Source: Amoebophrya sp. A120
Taxonomy: Eukaryota > Protista > Dinoflagellata
DNA: 64,000 nt
Direction: 5' to 3'
NCBI GenBank assembly: GCA_905178155.1
Contig: CAJINV010000004.1
Span: forward strand, 6,240,828-6,304,827
The notes under the pieces are model-generated. The model was not told where the DNA came from and did no database searches. It was given only the letters and a program-made list of their open reading frames with translations. The position numbers were made by a program, and so were the translations under genes. This document shows positions 27,401-39,761 of this stretch, in pieces; position 1 is the stretch's first letter, and the number at the start of each line of letters is the position of its first letter.

Positions 27401-30400
27401 CATGCTGGAATCAGGATAAGGTTGTAGCTATTTTGTCATGCCGCTGCACTAGCTTCTACATCTACCCCAGGATTACAATACGAACCCAAACTTGTCATGC
27501 TCGACAGCCAAAACTTGGGGATTTGTGTTGCAGATCGGACAACTTGACTATGGTGTGGGAACATTTTTACACAGGATAGCTGCTGGTTCTGGTTCGTCTC
27601 CCCGCTGGAGCTGCCGGCGATGGGCGCGAGCAGGTCCGCGCAGGTCTGCGCCAGCGTGCGGTAGTTGGCGTCCCCGTTGGCCAGCGCCGTCATGGCGGAC
27701 GTGACCCGCTCGACGAGCGCGAGGTTCGCGTTGGCGCGGCTGATCAGCGTGGCCTGCACCTGCATCTGGTCGTGGATCTTCTGAAACACGTCGCGCAAAA
27801 TCTTCAGGATCATGTCGTCGTTCAAATTGGTGGCCTGCGACGCCGGCGCCTCCCCGTCGCGCACGACCAGCAGCCGGGCGTCGTTCAGCACCGCCCCCGC
27901 GCGCACGCCGCTCGTGATGGCGCCGGCGTTGCGGGCGGCGTCGCGGAGCTCTTGCACGGTCTCCTCTACCATAGTGTGGATGTGCGGAATGTATTCCTTC
28001 GCGACCCGCTCCGCAATAGTCGGCGGGTCAACGACTTGTTCTTCTCGTTCTTGTTTCCCTGCTGGTGCATGAGCATTATTTTTAGTGCCAAGAACATTAT
28101 CTTTTGGCTTGCTGGGTGGAACAGCAACTACTATTCCGGAGCTGGTTGATGTGGAGTACTCCACCATCTGCTGGGTCAACTCCGTCGTGGTCAGAATCTT
28201 CTTCGCGGAGGACCCAGCACCCGGGAGACGTTCCAAGGACGAATCGGCGATGTGCAGACACTGCAGGTACATCTCTTGCTTCTGCAGCAACCGCCGGAAC
28301 GCTCCCACCGCCTCCCGCCGCTCCTGTTGGACCACCTCCAGGCCGCCGGACTTCTTGGTATCGAATGCAAATATGGCTGGGTCTGGAAGAGTCGGGGCGT
28401 GTCATGCACATTTTGCATGACCCGCGAGGTCTGTGATGCTGGTGCTAGCATCACAGATTTTTTGAGAGCTTCTTGATGCTAATTACGCATGAGAAATGCC
28501 CTCTCCGCGTGCCAAGCACTGACTCCTCTTGCTGCTCATGCAACACAGACATATTAAGAATCCGCAGACAGCATTACAAGTTCCACTCTTCCACCCCAGA
28601 CATATTCGCAATCCATACTTGGCGTGGCACTGCAACAGGTCGTCGAGGGAGAGCAAAACCATCTTCTCCAGCCCCTGGTCCAATTCCTCCAGGCGACGGG
28701 CGAACTCGTCCTTGTGCTGCTCCGCGAGGCCGTGCCGCTTCTCCAACGCCGCGAGCACGGGCTGCACATTTATGGAACTCTCAAGCGTTCTTACACTCCC
28801 AGCTGTTACACGATTTGTTATGAAAAACTGCTATCAGCTGCCCCTGCCACACGGTCAAGCTACTTCGCATGACAAATCCTCGCAGTGCTAAACAGGCTGA
28901 CAATCTGGTGTGCCAGGTTTGTAATAGTAATGCGACAGGTGCAGGCTCCCCCTCCCCCCTCTGTCTCACTTTTCCAATTGTTGCATCACAAATTTGTGTA
29001 AAAGCAAGTGACGAGAATGCAACATTGGAGAACGCCATAACATTGGCGGCCGCGTTCGGAATCACCTGGCGCGCAAACTGCAACTCCTCGTCTATTTCGT
29101 TTTGTTGTTCTCCCGGATTCCTAAACGCGGACTTCGCTTGTTCTTTCTTCATCTCTGCCTGCTCCGCCGCGCTGGACGGCGAAGAGCTGCTGTTGCCCTT
29201 CGCGGCGGCCTTCTTTTTATCTGCGTTTGCAACGAGCAACTTGCGCTTCTTTACGGCGGCAGCCGCCTCCGCGAGGGTCTGCTTCGCGGTCGCCAAGGTT
29301 TGCTTTCCACTGAGCACTTTCGTCTGGAAATCCACCAACTCCGCCCGACGAAGCTCCAGCGCGTCCGCCGACGTGCCGACCGCAGGCAGTTTCAAAAATT
29401 CCTGGAACGCCTCGCTCACGGCGGTCTGGCTGGAAGCGGTGAAAGAGTCCGATTGTTGATCGGGTGACGATGAACTACCGGCAGGAGATGACAGACCCTG
29501 CTTCTTCTCCGCGTTCATGAAAGAAATCAGCAATTTGGGTCCCCCGATGTCGCGCAGCACGAGGTCCCGCTTTTCCGTGTCCTCTTTCAGTTTCGCCTCC
29601 GCGGTACCGACGGCCTTCTCCGCGAGCGTCTTCCGGTTCTCGGCCACCTCCACGCCCTTCGCGAGTTTCGTGCGCCGGGCCAGCGTATGGATTGCAAATA
29701 TGTCATCTGGGTCTGGAATAAAGTTCGAACCTGTAATGCTGGTCTTACATTATTCCTTTGAAATCTGTACCGCATCACTAACAAAAGGTAAAGGCGTCGC
29801 GGCCTCGTTGTTCATACAAAAATGCATTTCCACTTTCTCATGCGGGCTGCGCATGAGATGAAGGCGTTCTGGAAAGTTGTCACGCTTGGCTGCATTCGAA
29901 AGTGTTTCCATCGTTTACGTACGCTTTAGCATCATGACAACTTTCCAGAGATCCCAGACATCACAGTTGAAATGCATACAGCGCGGCTGCCGAGTGCCGG
30001 TCGTCGGCGTCGTCCGCGGAATGGTGCTCGCTGGAGTATGCGAGAAAAAAACTACGTAAAAAGTGTAAGTCTGTGATGCAAAGCACGCAACATCTTCAGC
30101 CTTGTCATGCTGGCCAGGCAAGAAAATCCTACTTCAAACGGGCTTCCACGTACCAGCTGTGCATGACAGAGTGTATTCTCTGTCATGCAGCACAACAAGT
30201 GTGTCATGCTGTCACGAGACCAACACTCAAACATTTTTTTTCTTGGATATGGAGGAGACTATCTGCACCGCTTGCTTTTTCTTCACTTTCCCGGTACCAG
30301 TGGACGAACTGGACTGCTGCTCAGAGTCCGAAATGGCCCCTGCCTTCTTCGCCAGCGGCTTCTTTTTCGCGGACTTCAATCCGGCCAACAGCCCAGCCAT

Positions 30401-33400
30401 ACCAGCTCCACCTGCACCTCCACCGGGAGCAGATGTTGACACACCGTCCACTGCAGCTGCGGCCGCACCACTATTGCCTGGACTAGTCGTGCCGCTTGTT
30501 GTTGGTAGCAACATATTTGATGTTGCTCCGGCGCCACTACTAGAAGTACTCATCTCCAGGGCACTGCTGCTACTGTACATTAACGCTTCCTTAATCGCGC
30601 TTGCCTTGTCCGGACGGGACAACGCGAAGCGGACGCCGGCCTTGGCCTCCTCTTGTTTCACTAACGCCCGCCGCTGGCTCTCCTCCTTGGCCTTCTTCTC
30701 GGCGATGACCATCTCGCAACGCGTTTTCTCGCTGTAGTAGTGCTGCAAAGCCAAGGCTTCCAGCAACTCCACCGGGAAAAAAAACCGGCGCATGTGCGTC
30801 GACTTCTTCCGGGCCAGGTGCTCCTGGTACTCGCGCGCCGAGCCCTGCGTGATCAGCCGCCGGCACTCGTCCTCCAGGCTCTGCTCGATCTCCTCGCTGA
30901 TGTTGGCCTGCAAACGCGCGAACTCTGCGTGCAGTTTCACCTAGTATTTCGTGAGAAAAGGTAAAAAAGACCACTTTCTACGCTGTACAACAAGTTTTTA
31001 AGTTCTTGTAACACATTTCTCATGCGTCATCAACATCATGTTCATGACCACTTTCATTGTGCTCTTCCTTATTTCTGCATGAAGAAAATTTCCGCACATT
31101 TTAAGTAGTTACCTGGAATCCGCGCTTTAATTTAGGGTGTTTGGCGAAGATCTGTGCCCCCGCCGCGTAGCACTGTCCGACGGTGAGAAAATGCAACCCG
31201 TGCGTGCGACAGAGCGCACTGCTGACGCCACTGATCAGGCGTCCGTTGTAAAGTTGGTGCAAGGACGGCACGCGGTCCGTGATTTTCTTCCCCCGGCCTA
31301 TGGAACTGTCAGGATCCAAATTGTCAAAATCGAAAAATTTGTGATGCATAAAATGCATGACGCGAAATACATGTGTTGCAGAGCAGGCAAGTGAGGCCGA
31401 TTGTAAGCCTGTTTCGGATTATAGCTCGAGCTGCTAAAGCAGCATGAGAGAATCAGTCTTCTTTCCCTAAACAGCATTACGAACTGGATTTAGGCACCGC
31501 CAGAATTTGTGATGCGCCACTTAGAAACTGGGTTCGAACTGGAATCCATTTTATGCATGACAAATCATTTCGATTTTGTCAATTTCGATTCCGACACTTC
31601 CATACGGCCGACGCCCCCGGTACTGAAAAAGTCGTTTTCCGAGACCTTGAACGGGTATCAAATGCAAATATATCTGGGTCTGGAAACCTGTGATGCAAGG
31701 AAGGAAATAGTGAGCACACTGTGATGCGCTCCCCAGCATGACAAGTTTTTCGGTGCTTCTGAGTTGCGTACTCCGCATGAGAAAACGCGTTTTTGCATGA
31801 CAGACAGGAGGACCTCTTCGCGGGCACGCAATACAGAGTTTAGAGTCATGCCAGACTAGCATGACAAATCTCGCAATCTCCAAGACCCAGACATATTTGC
31901 ATTTCATAACGGGATGTCCATGCCGATCTTCGGGCCCTTGCCGCTATTCGAAAGAAAAGAGCTGCTGGCCTTGTCCGCAGACCACTTGAGCGGCATTCCC
32001 GACCCGGAGGTTTTCACAATCTGCGAGCTGGACGTCCCGCCGCCCGTCGTGGTGACAAACTGATTCTGCTCCCGCTGGATGCATATCAAATGCAAAAATG
32101 TCTGGGTCTGGAAGATTCCAAGACCTGGAATGTAGGTTTTCCATGAGCCGTGAGGTCTGGAATGGGGAACCTAGCATGACAGATTCTGCGAGGTTTCTAC
32201 CATGCCTACCCTGCATGAGAAACTCCCTCTCTTTTAACTTGGTCGAAAGTGGGCAGCTTTCGGCACTCATGCAACACAGATTTTTGCATGATTCAGATTT
32301 AGCATGACAGGTTGCATCCTTCCAGACCCAGACATTTTTGCAGTTGATAATGCACCGCCGGACGAAGAGGTAGAACAGCAGGTCCTGCTTCCCGTACACC
32401 TCCCGCAGAAACAAACCGAAAATCTTCACGTACACGAATTCCGACCGGTACTCCTCCACCATGTGAATCAGGTCCCAGGCGCGCTGGTTCACCAACTTCC
32501 CGCTCACGTGCCCGTAGCGGCGCAGCAGGTAGTCCAAGACGAACTCCGGGAATATCACACGAAAAAATGGGAACGTTATACGAAATTTGGCAACATGAAG
32601 TAAAAATGCATGAGAAACGATGCTGCACAAGTTAAGTTTGTATTGCATGGCATGCATGATAGCGAGAATTTGTCATGCATGACTGCAATACCTCGAAGCG
32701 GTTAAACGTTACAAACACTTTTTTGGTTGATAGGGAACGAGCTGTCGTTCTGGCGCAACCGCGGGTTGTCGCGGCTGCCATTGAAGGGCAGAAACTGATT
32801 GGAAGTGGAAGTTGGTCCACCCTCCAGCGAGGTCGTTGTTGCACCACCTGTAGTCGTTCCGGCGAACATGTGGTCGTTGTTCATATCGACCTCGCGCAAG
32901 TGCGCGTTGCGGTCCGTCAGGTGCTGATTCCGTTTCGTCTCCTCCGACAGATCGATCTGGCGATTGGCGCGGTACCGCCGCTGGATGGACTTTTGCGACA
33001 CGGGCGACCCGTTGGCAAACAGCGCGTTCTCCTGGCGCTTGCTGTTCAACAGTTCATACGGGTCCTCGGGCCCGTCCGCGGAGCGCACCCCGGAGGCGGA
33101 TTCCGACAGTGGCATCGCGGCGTTTTTCAAGACCAAGTCCAAATGCTTCCGCTGCTCGGCCACTTCATCCCGCCCCGGGGCCTCGGCGCCACTGTAGTAG
33201 CCCTCGGACACGAAGGTGTTTTTGTCCTTGCTCATCTTGGACGACACGCTGGGGCGGAAGCCGCCGGCGGCGCGCTTCTTCGTGAAAAAGTGCGCGGCGG
33301 ACCCGGGGCCGTCGCCCAGCTTCATCGCGTTCTTCAGTAAGTGCGGATTCCGCGCGCCGGGCCCCATGGTGCGGCCCGGAATCTCCGGTGCGTAGTCCAA

Positions 33401-36400
33401 GGCCGCGCCCGCGCGTTTCCGGTCCACGAGGGACTGCTGTTCTCTTAAATTGTTGGCACCACCTTCCCCGTCCTCGTCAGACGCCTCCTCATCTTCCTCG
33501 GTTGTCCCGTTTGCCCCCGCCGCCAGCGCCTTGCCGCTGTTCACGTAGTCCTTCCGCAGCTTGCGCGTTTCCAGGGCGTACCGGGAGGCGTAGATGTCGT
33601 CGATGAGGGCCACCAAGTAGGAGAGTTTATGGTCGATCAGCTTGTTGGTCGGCGGGAACAGCAGTCGCGCAAAAGATCGGTACTGCTCGAACACCACCTC
33701 CGGGATCACCAACTCGTCCTTGCGGTACAAATTCTATGCGGAGTAAAAACGTCCCCACCCCATAGTTGTCATGCACTTCTGCATTCCATAAACGTTTCTC
33801 ATGCGGACCCCTATGGGAAGCGTTCTCTGTTCGTGTTTTGGAATCTGTTATGCTAGAGTCAGCACCTTATGCTAGATCTGTGACGCTTCTGATTTAGCCA
33901 AACAGGACGACACTACGAGGACAGACTTGTCATGCCAAACAACCAAAGCTGGTTGATTTGTCTAGCAGATTTCCCCTCTTGACTCTTGTGTGGGGACGTT
34001 CTTAATCAGGATAAATTCCCCGTGTTCTTCACGGGCGGGCGGTCTGGGCTGGCCTCGTTCAAGCTCAACTTCTTTGTGGCAGCCAACCCGCTGGGGGACG
34101 TGGCGTACCGCGCGACCAATTCATCCAGCAGCGGGTAGGCCTGCGTCTCGTCGTACTCCGCGTACACGCGGACCCGGTCCTCGTTGGAAGAGACCACGGT
34201 CGCGTTGCGGCTGCTCTCGAAGACCATGTTGCTGATCTTCTTGCTCTATGCATCGCAAACGTTGTACCGTGCTAGCATAAATGAGCGCATGACAAATTTC
34301 ATCAGCATGTAATGCGGATTTACCTTAACCTTAAGATATATAGGATTTCATTTGTAATACATGCCTAGCACGCTCAATAGTACGAGTACAATACTTTTGC
34401 GATGCATATGTTCGTCTTCAAACTGTCCTGGGTGTCCGTGCCGACCAGCGACAGGTCTGCGCTGAAGAACCTTGACCCGTCGCGCTGGAAGTTCACTTTG
34501 TGCACCGCCAGAAACTCGATCATGCGCCGCCGCTCCTCCGCCGGCAATTCGGAGAGAAACAAAACCTTCTGCATCTGTGCCTGCGCGGCGCTCTTGATCT
34601 GGTCCTTTGTGAGCTGCTGGTTTGGTCCACCGCCTTGTTCGGGCCCGCCGGTTGCAGTGGGGCTGGAGGTTTTTGACCCGGGCGAGACAAACTGGTGGTC
34701 CAGGGGTCGTGCCTGTGTGTTTTCCCCTTGCAGTCCGAGCCCGCTATCGTCCGTCGCGCCCGCAGTTCTTGGAAACGAGCCGCTCTTTGTGCCCAGTTTC
34801 ATTTTCCTAGCTGCTGCGTTGGTTGTGTTGTACCCTTTATTTCCGTCCGGCTGGTCGTCGATCTCGTCAAAAACCTGCGAGAACGCCGCATTTGGCTGCG
34901 CTCCGCTGGCAAAAGCCATGTTGTCGTCGAAGAGGCTGCCGAACCTGCTGGCTAGGTTTTGCGAGCTGCCCCCCGGGAAGGACAATCCCGCGTCAATTCC
35001 GCCGCCGTCCAACGCTTCCAGGGCTATCAAAAGGAAAAGCCTCCCCTCCCCATATCAAAGCGAAGTTTCTACTGATGCTGGATTTGGCTACACAAATCAA
35101 ATTTGTGCTGCAGTAGAGGACTGCGCGCAGATCTTAAGCCTGGGCGCGGGCCTTTTGGTATGGGCGCCCAGCATGGTAGACAGCTACCCCTACCCTGTAG
35201 GCCTTACAGCATTACAAATCGCCTGCATCACGTGGCAGACAGCCTGAGTGTGCCATCTTGCAAGACAGACCCGATTTGTGGTCGCAAATCTGCATCGCAA
35301 CTTTTCAGAAGGATGCGCTTTCAATATATATGGGGAGGGGAGATTTTTCGTTACAATAAGGGCCTCCGGGTGTTCCTGCAGTGCGCGGAACAAATTTTGC
35401 GCAGCCTGTTGGACGTCCTCCGGCACTAGGGAAGCCGCAGGTCCACCACCGACTACACCAGAGGAACTTTTCATCCCTTGGTCTCCTCGTGCATTCATGC
35501 TGGCGAAGAGTCTTGACAATGCGTTCAACTGAGCTGTACTGGTGCCGTCCTGTGTCCGCGCGGATGAAGCAGAAGCGCCACCCTTGAGGATCCCGGTTTT
35601 TTTCTTCGACTTTGGGGCGGTGTGCTCGCCGTCCTCCAGTGCAGCAGCCCCTTCGAGAAGCAAAGCATCGCTGTCGCTGTTGAAATCGTTGTCCACGTCG
35701 CGCTTTTGCGTTTTCCCCCCTAGCATCATGACCGCGTTGGCCATCGTGGACCCCGGGTCCTCTTCCGTGGCATTGCCACCCAGCATCTCGTCGTCACTAT
35801 CGTCCTCAACCATTTTTGCCGAGAAGCGCTGACTCGCAAACCGCATGGTACTGCTACTCGCCGCCGCGGCCTGGGGCGGTTTCTTCCCGGTCTTGCGAAA
35901 CTTCTGGTGCAGCCGCTGCGCCTCCTCGTCCGAGTCATCCTCGTCGTCGTCTATCCGCACGGCCTGCTTCTCTCCCTTCGCGGCCGAGGACTGTCGCAAA
36001 GCGCTGGCTTTTATGTCTCGGTTAACTTCTTGGTCCTCGTCTTCTTCGTCGGAGGAGGTACTAGGTATCTTCGGCGGCAAACCCGTTTTAGCGTATTTTT
36101 TTGTTATTTTTTCCTGTTCCTCGTCCGTCTCGGTGAGCATCCCCAGCTCATCGTCAAACTGCAAGACGCGATCGCCCCGCGCCTGGCCGGAAGGTGCTTC
36201 TTGCCTGTCAACAGAAGAAGCTTGTTCTTTATCAGTACTACTTGCCGCATTCAAAAGATCCTCCTCTTGCTTCTCCTTTTTTTTCTTTTTCTTTTCATTA
36301 CTGTCCGACTTATCTACTTCGCTGGAACCTTCGTGATGGTGATGCGATTCCTTCTTTTTTTTCTTGGCACTGTCATCCGTGTCGACGCTCTTTGTGCGCT

Positions 36401-36806
36401 CCTTCTTCTTCTTCTCTGCCGGTGGTGGTGTTGGTCCTCCTACGGCATCTTCTTGTTCTACAGCTTGTTCATCCGAAGCAGACGGCTTTGCTTTCTTTTC
36501 AGTCTTCTTTTTCTTTTCCTCTTTCACGGCCCCTCGGTCCTCGCTGTCCCGCTCTCGGCTTCGGGATTTCGATTTCTTCTCCTTCTCCGGCACGATTTCG
36601 TCCTCCGCCATCGCTTTGGCAGCTTTCTCATCACTGTCTTTCTTTTTGTGGTGCTCCTTCTTTTCCTTCTCTGGGGGCGCGGACTCGCCCTCGGCGGAGA
36701 CTTTTTTCTTTTTTTCTTTCTTCGCCTTTTTCTCTTTCTCGGGGTTGGTTCCTTCCTCGGGGTTGTCCTCCGGAAAAAACAGGTGAATGCTGTTTTGCTC
36801 GTCCAT
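24432..36806 (-). CDS. Very large hypothetical protein (K/E-rich N-terminus, coiled coils, helical block FPEFVLDYLLRRYG..DLLFYLFVRRC reminiscent of TSNAXIP1-like proteins)
   Basis: One continuous frame from ATG 36806 to stop 24432 after removing 17 introners and 2 GT-AG introns (24690-24860, 30941-31112); each junction checked by translation. Function not identifiable. Confidence 0.8.
24915..25231. mobile_element. Introner, family B-like (TIR ..GAAAAATGCCCCCACCCC)
   Basis: TSD aagtg; removal gives TVHL|SKGQ. Confidence 0.88.
25331..25601. mobile_element. Introner, family A
   Basis: TSD tgtgg; removal gives YHFH|MLLRK. Confidence 0.9.
25766..25914. mobile_element. Introner, family D
   Basis: TSD gcttt; removal gives SEK|LHSR. 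Confidence 0.9.
26064..26303. mobile_element. Introner, family C
   Basis: TSD ggcgg; removal gives DFFR|PKKIE. Confidence 0.9.
26441..26614. mobile_element. Introner, family D
   Basis: TSD aatcc; removal gives AED|SLSNE. Confidence 0.9.
27268..27578. mobile_element. Introner, family B
   Basis: TSD gctgc; removal gives NQQ|PRGLG. Confidence 0.9.
28359..28617. mobile_element. Introner, family A
   Basis: TSD cttgg; removal gives CHAK|KSGG. Confidence 0.9.
28771..29039. mobile_element. Introner, singleton family (TIR TATGGAACTCTCAA / TATGGCGTTCTCCAA)
   Basis: TSD acatt; removal gives AAN|VQPV. Confidence 0.82.
29686..29978. mobile_element. Introner, family A (diverged)
   Basis: TSD cagcg; removal gives AAAL|ARRT. 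Confidence 0.88.
30037..30249. mobile_element. Introner, family G (short A-rich TIR TATNCNAGAAAAAA)
   Basis: TSD tggag; removal gives IVSS|SEHH; related to 57494-57703. Confidence 0.85.
31299..31604. mobile_element. Introner, family E (~55-bp TIR TATGGAASTGTC..TCAAAATCGAAA..GCATAAAATG)
   Basis: TSD cggcc; removal gives GVGR|GKKIT; inverted relative of 37805-38111. Confidence 0.9.
31656..31908. mobile_element. Introner, family A
   Basis: TSD acggg; removal gives MDIP|FKVSE. Confidence 0.9.
32084..32349. mobile_element. Introner, family A
   Basis: TSD atgca; removal gives VRRCI|QREQ. Confidence 0.9.
32553..32732. mobile_element. Introner, family G-like
   Basis: TSD gggaa; removal gives SSFP|EFVLDY. 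Confidence 0.85.
33735..34013. mobile_element. Introner, family B
   Basis: TSD aattc; removal gives TGN|LYRKD. Confidence 0.9.
34247..34408. mobile_element. Introner, family D
   Basis: TSD tgctc/tgttc (4/5); frame restored. Confidence 0.85.
35025..35358. mobile_element. Introner, family F (TIR TATCAAARGGAAAA..CCCCTCCCCATAT)
   Basis: TSD agggc; removal gives PEAL|EALDG; relatives at 42158 and 56486. Confidence 0.9.
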
Positions 36807-37804
36807 GTTGGCGAGGTCTCTGGTTTAAGAGTTGTGGTTTTTCTAGTCTATGTGAAGACGATATGATGAAGCTGACATGGTCAAGTAGACCGCTTATCAG
36901 CTTCGGCTACTTTTTACGAGTGTCTTACTTTCCCTCTTTTTTTTAGTATGATACAAATATCAACCCCAGAAAACGAACCACCAAAAAAAACTTACTCCTG
37001 GATAATTGAGAAGACAGACATTCCTGTTTGCTGCAACAATGTTAGATTTGTGATATTACAATAGTGAATGAGGCACGACGACCACGATTTTATTCATTAT
37101 TTTCGTTCAGACTTACTTTTGTCCACGATGACTTTTTACAACGAATTTGAATCCTAATCACCTTCACGAATTTCACGATGCCATGGAGGCCATGGAAGAG
37201 AGAGACCACGACCGATTCAGACACAAATACTTTTTCCGACATACGACAGGTACATGACACGATCTTTTAAGGCACAGCTACTTTACCACGATGAGGGAGT
37301 CGCACAGCTGACACAAGAGCAAGACGAGCGGAATCAAAAATATTACAGATACAGAGGCGATGCCGGGAATGGTCCTGCGTTGACCGATGCGAAAAAGATC
37401 CTTTCTTTCTAGCGAATGAACAGAAGTGAAGGTTGCAGCTGCGAAACAGTAGCCGGGGCCAGTGCCGCACGATTATCGGGCTCAATGCTTTCGTCGAAAT
37501 TTTGTACTGGTGAGACAGTTTCAATTCGCGATATGAAGTATCAGTGTCGAAGCTTGTTGTCTTCTCGCTTTTTTTCAACATTTCATCAGGTTGTTCTACT
37601 AGGTCGGTGTAGTACAGCAACCAAGGCAGGCGCTAGCTTGCCCTGCAAAAACCACTCGCGGGTTGAAAATACTAGTCTGAGAAAAATATTATATCACATG
37701 TTTGTTCTTCTGGGGTTTCTAGTCGGTCGTATGAAGATTTCACAGCAATCTTCCACTGGACCTCCAAACCGCACCCCTAGTTCCCCCTCGTGCTGTCGTG
37801 TTCT

Positions 37805-38111
37805 TATGGATGTGTCAGAGTTGAAATCGTCAAAGTTGAAATAATTTGTCATGCATAAAATGGATGCCAGTTGGAACCCAGTTTCCAAGTGGCGCATGAC
37901 AAATTTCGGTGGTCCCTAAATCCAGTTTGTCATGCTGTTTAGGCAAAGAAGAGTGGTTTTCTCATGCTACTTTAGCAGCTCGAGCTGTAGCCCCAAACAG
38001 GCTTACAATTGGCCTCACTTGCCTGCTCTGCAACACACGCACCTCGGGCCATGCATTTTATGCATTACAAAATATTTCAACTTTGACGATTTCAAACCTG
38101 ACGCTTCCATA
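37805..38111. mobile_element. Introner-family E element outside recognisable CDS (about 165 nt 3' of the PHF5A stop)
   Basis: TSD gttct; reverse-complement match to 31299-31604 along its length. Confidence 0.88.
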
Positions 38112-38276
38112 GTTCTGGTGTCGATGTTATGTCAGCTCCGTTGTGGAAAACACAAGGCTTCTTCGAAGATACTGCACATCGGTCCTTTCATCTCGGACTC
38201 GGTAGTTGTTGAAATACAAATAATCACTTGTCGAAAAGCAGGTTGTCGTTGTGGTAAAAAGCGCGTGAGTGAAAAT

Positions 38277-38798
38277 TTACAACCTCCGCTTGAAACCAAA
38301 CTTTTTCCGCTCGTAAAATAAATCCGTTTTTGCCTGTCCCAGGTTCACAATCTTTGGACACCCGTCGCGGTCCTTCTCCTGCTGGACGCACTCTTTGCAA
38401 TAGTACGCGTCGGATATACCCGCGCCTGGATAGTGTTTTTTCATGATGTTTCAACGCGGCATTTGGCAACAATTGCAGCCACAGACACAGTTCGTATAAT
38501 TTATTAAGCGACGCTTTACATCAACGCACTCCATGAAAAATTTGATAATTTGATTGAATCTCTGCTGCTAGTACTTGCAAAATAAAAACAAGTATAGAAG
38601 AAATCTAGTACCTCCGCAGATGACACATCTCCCCTGGTAACTGCCGTAGTTGCATTCGTCGCATACCCGCACCAGAATCGTTGGTCGCACATAGGAATCA
38701 CAGATGGGGCACAGTCCGTCGTGTTTCTCGCACAGCTTGCCGATCGCCACGCCCGGCTGCTTGCGGCACATGATCAAATCTGGATGATGCTTCGCCAT
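38277..38798 (-). CDS. PHF5A: PHD finger-like domain protein 5A (SF3b7/Rds3), U2 snRNP SF3b subunit
   Basis: [41 protein letters not shown]|[37 protein letters not shown]; one GT-AG intron at 38426-38611. Confidence 0.97.
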
Positions 38799-39761
38799 TC
38801 TGTTTCTTCTTCTGTCGGTAGTGGAAGAGGCTTAGACCTGGTGTTTCTGTACGTAGCTGTTCCAAGTGAAATTATAAAACAGAGGAAGTTGTTTCGGTGT
38901 GCTATACTATTTCTCAAGCCAAGACTGGAGACCTTTAATGTTGTCTATTCTCGTGTTCCTAAACAAATCAAATCAAGAATTTCGCTTGTGTGGTGGGTAA
39001 AGCTGTAGGTGTAATATCGAGAGTGACTTGTTTGCTGTGGGTTCGTCGTTTCGTTCCTGTTGATCTGCTGGTAAAAAGAAGGTTAAGGTTTGGAAAATAA
39101 TTTGGGTTTGCGAAAAAAAGCGCGTTCTGGAAATGGGATCGTAACTGTGTTGAAAATGATCAGCATCAGTTTGAGCAGCAGGCCCAATGATCTTTCTATT
39201 CGTACCACATCTTCGTGGATCTTCTGCATTCACAGTGATCTGCTCTGTGCGATTGCGAAAACGACCTGGCATCTGTCTTCACAAGCACCTTTGACACACC
39301 TCCTCGTCTTTCAGTTTTCTAAAATTCTGATCTTCGCTTTCGAATCTTCAGTAGAACATCTTCCAGTTGGCGCGCGCGCAACGTTTTTTACTGCAGCGTC
39401 GCCGAGGCTGTTCCGGCTAGACTTCGACTTTGTATGCTAAGTAATTATGTCGAAATTCGACAAACATGGCGTTGGCGCTTCATTTCGGATGGCAAATTAT
39501 ACTCCTCTATCTATACGTGGAGATCGTCTCGGTCTAAAGCTTAACCTAAAGAAATAATACATGCGATACATACAGGTTCTTCCGAGTGTAATATTGTTGT
39601 TTGGACTTCCGTCTCCTGCAAGGAGAGCAGCGTGATTCATGTACGTTATGTGCATTTTGAGATCGAATGTATACTTGAAATGCGACAACAAGGATCTTCA
39701 TAAGGAAGCGTGAGACGAGAATGAGAAATGATCTCGGCTCGTTGCTTCACGACCAGATCCT

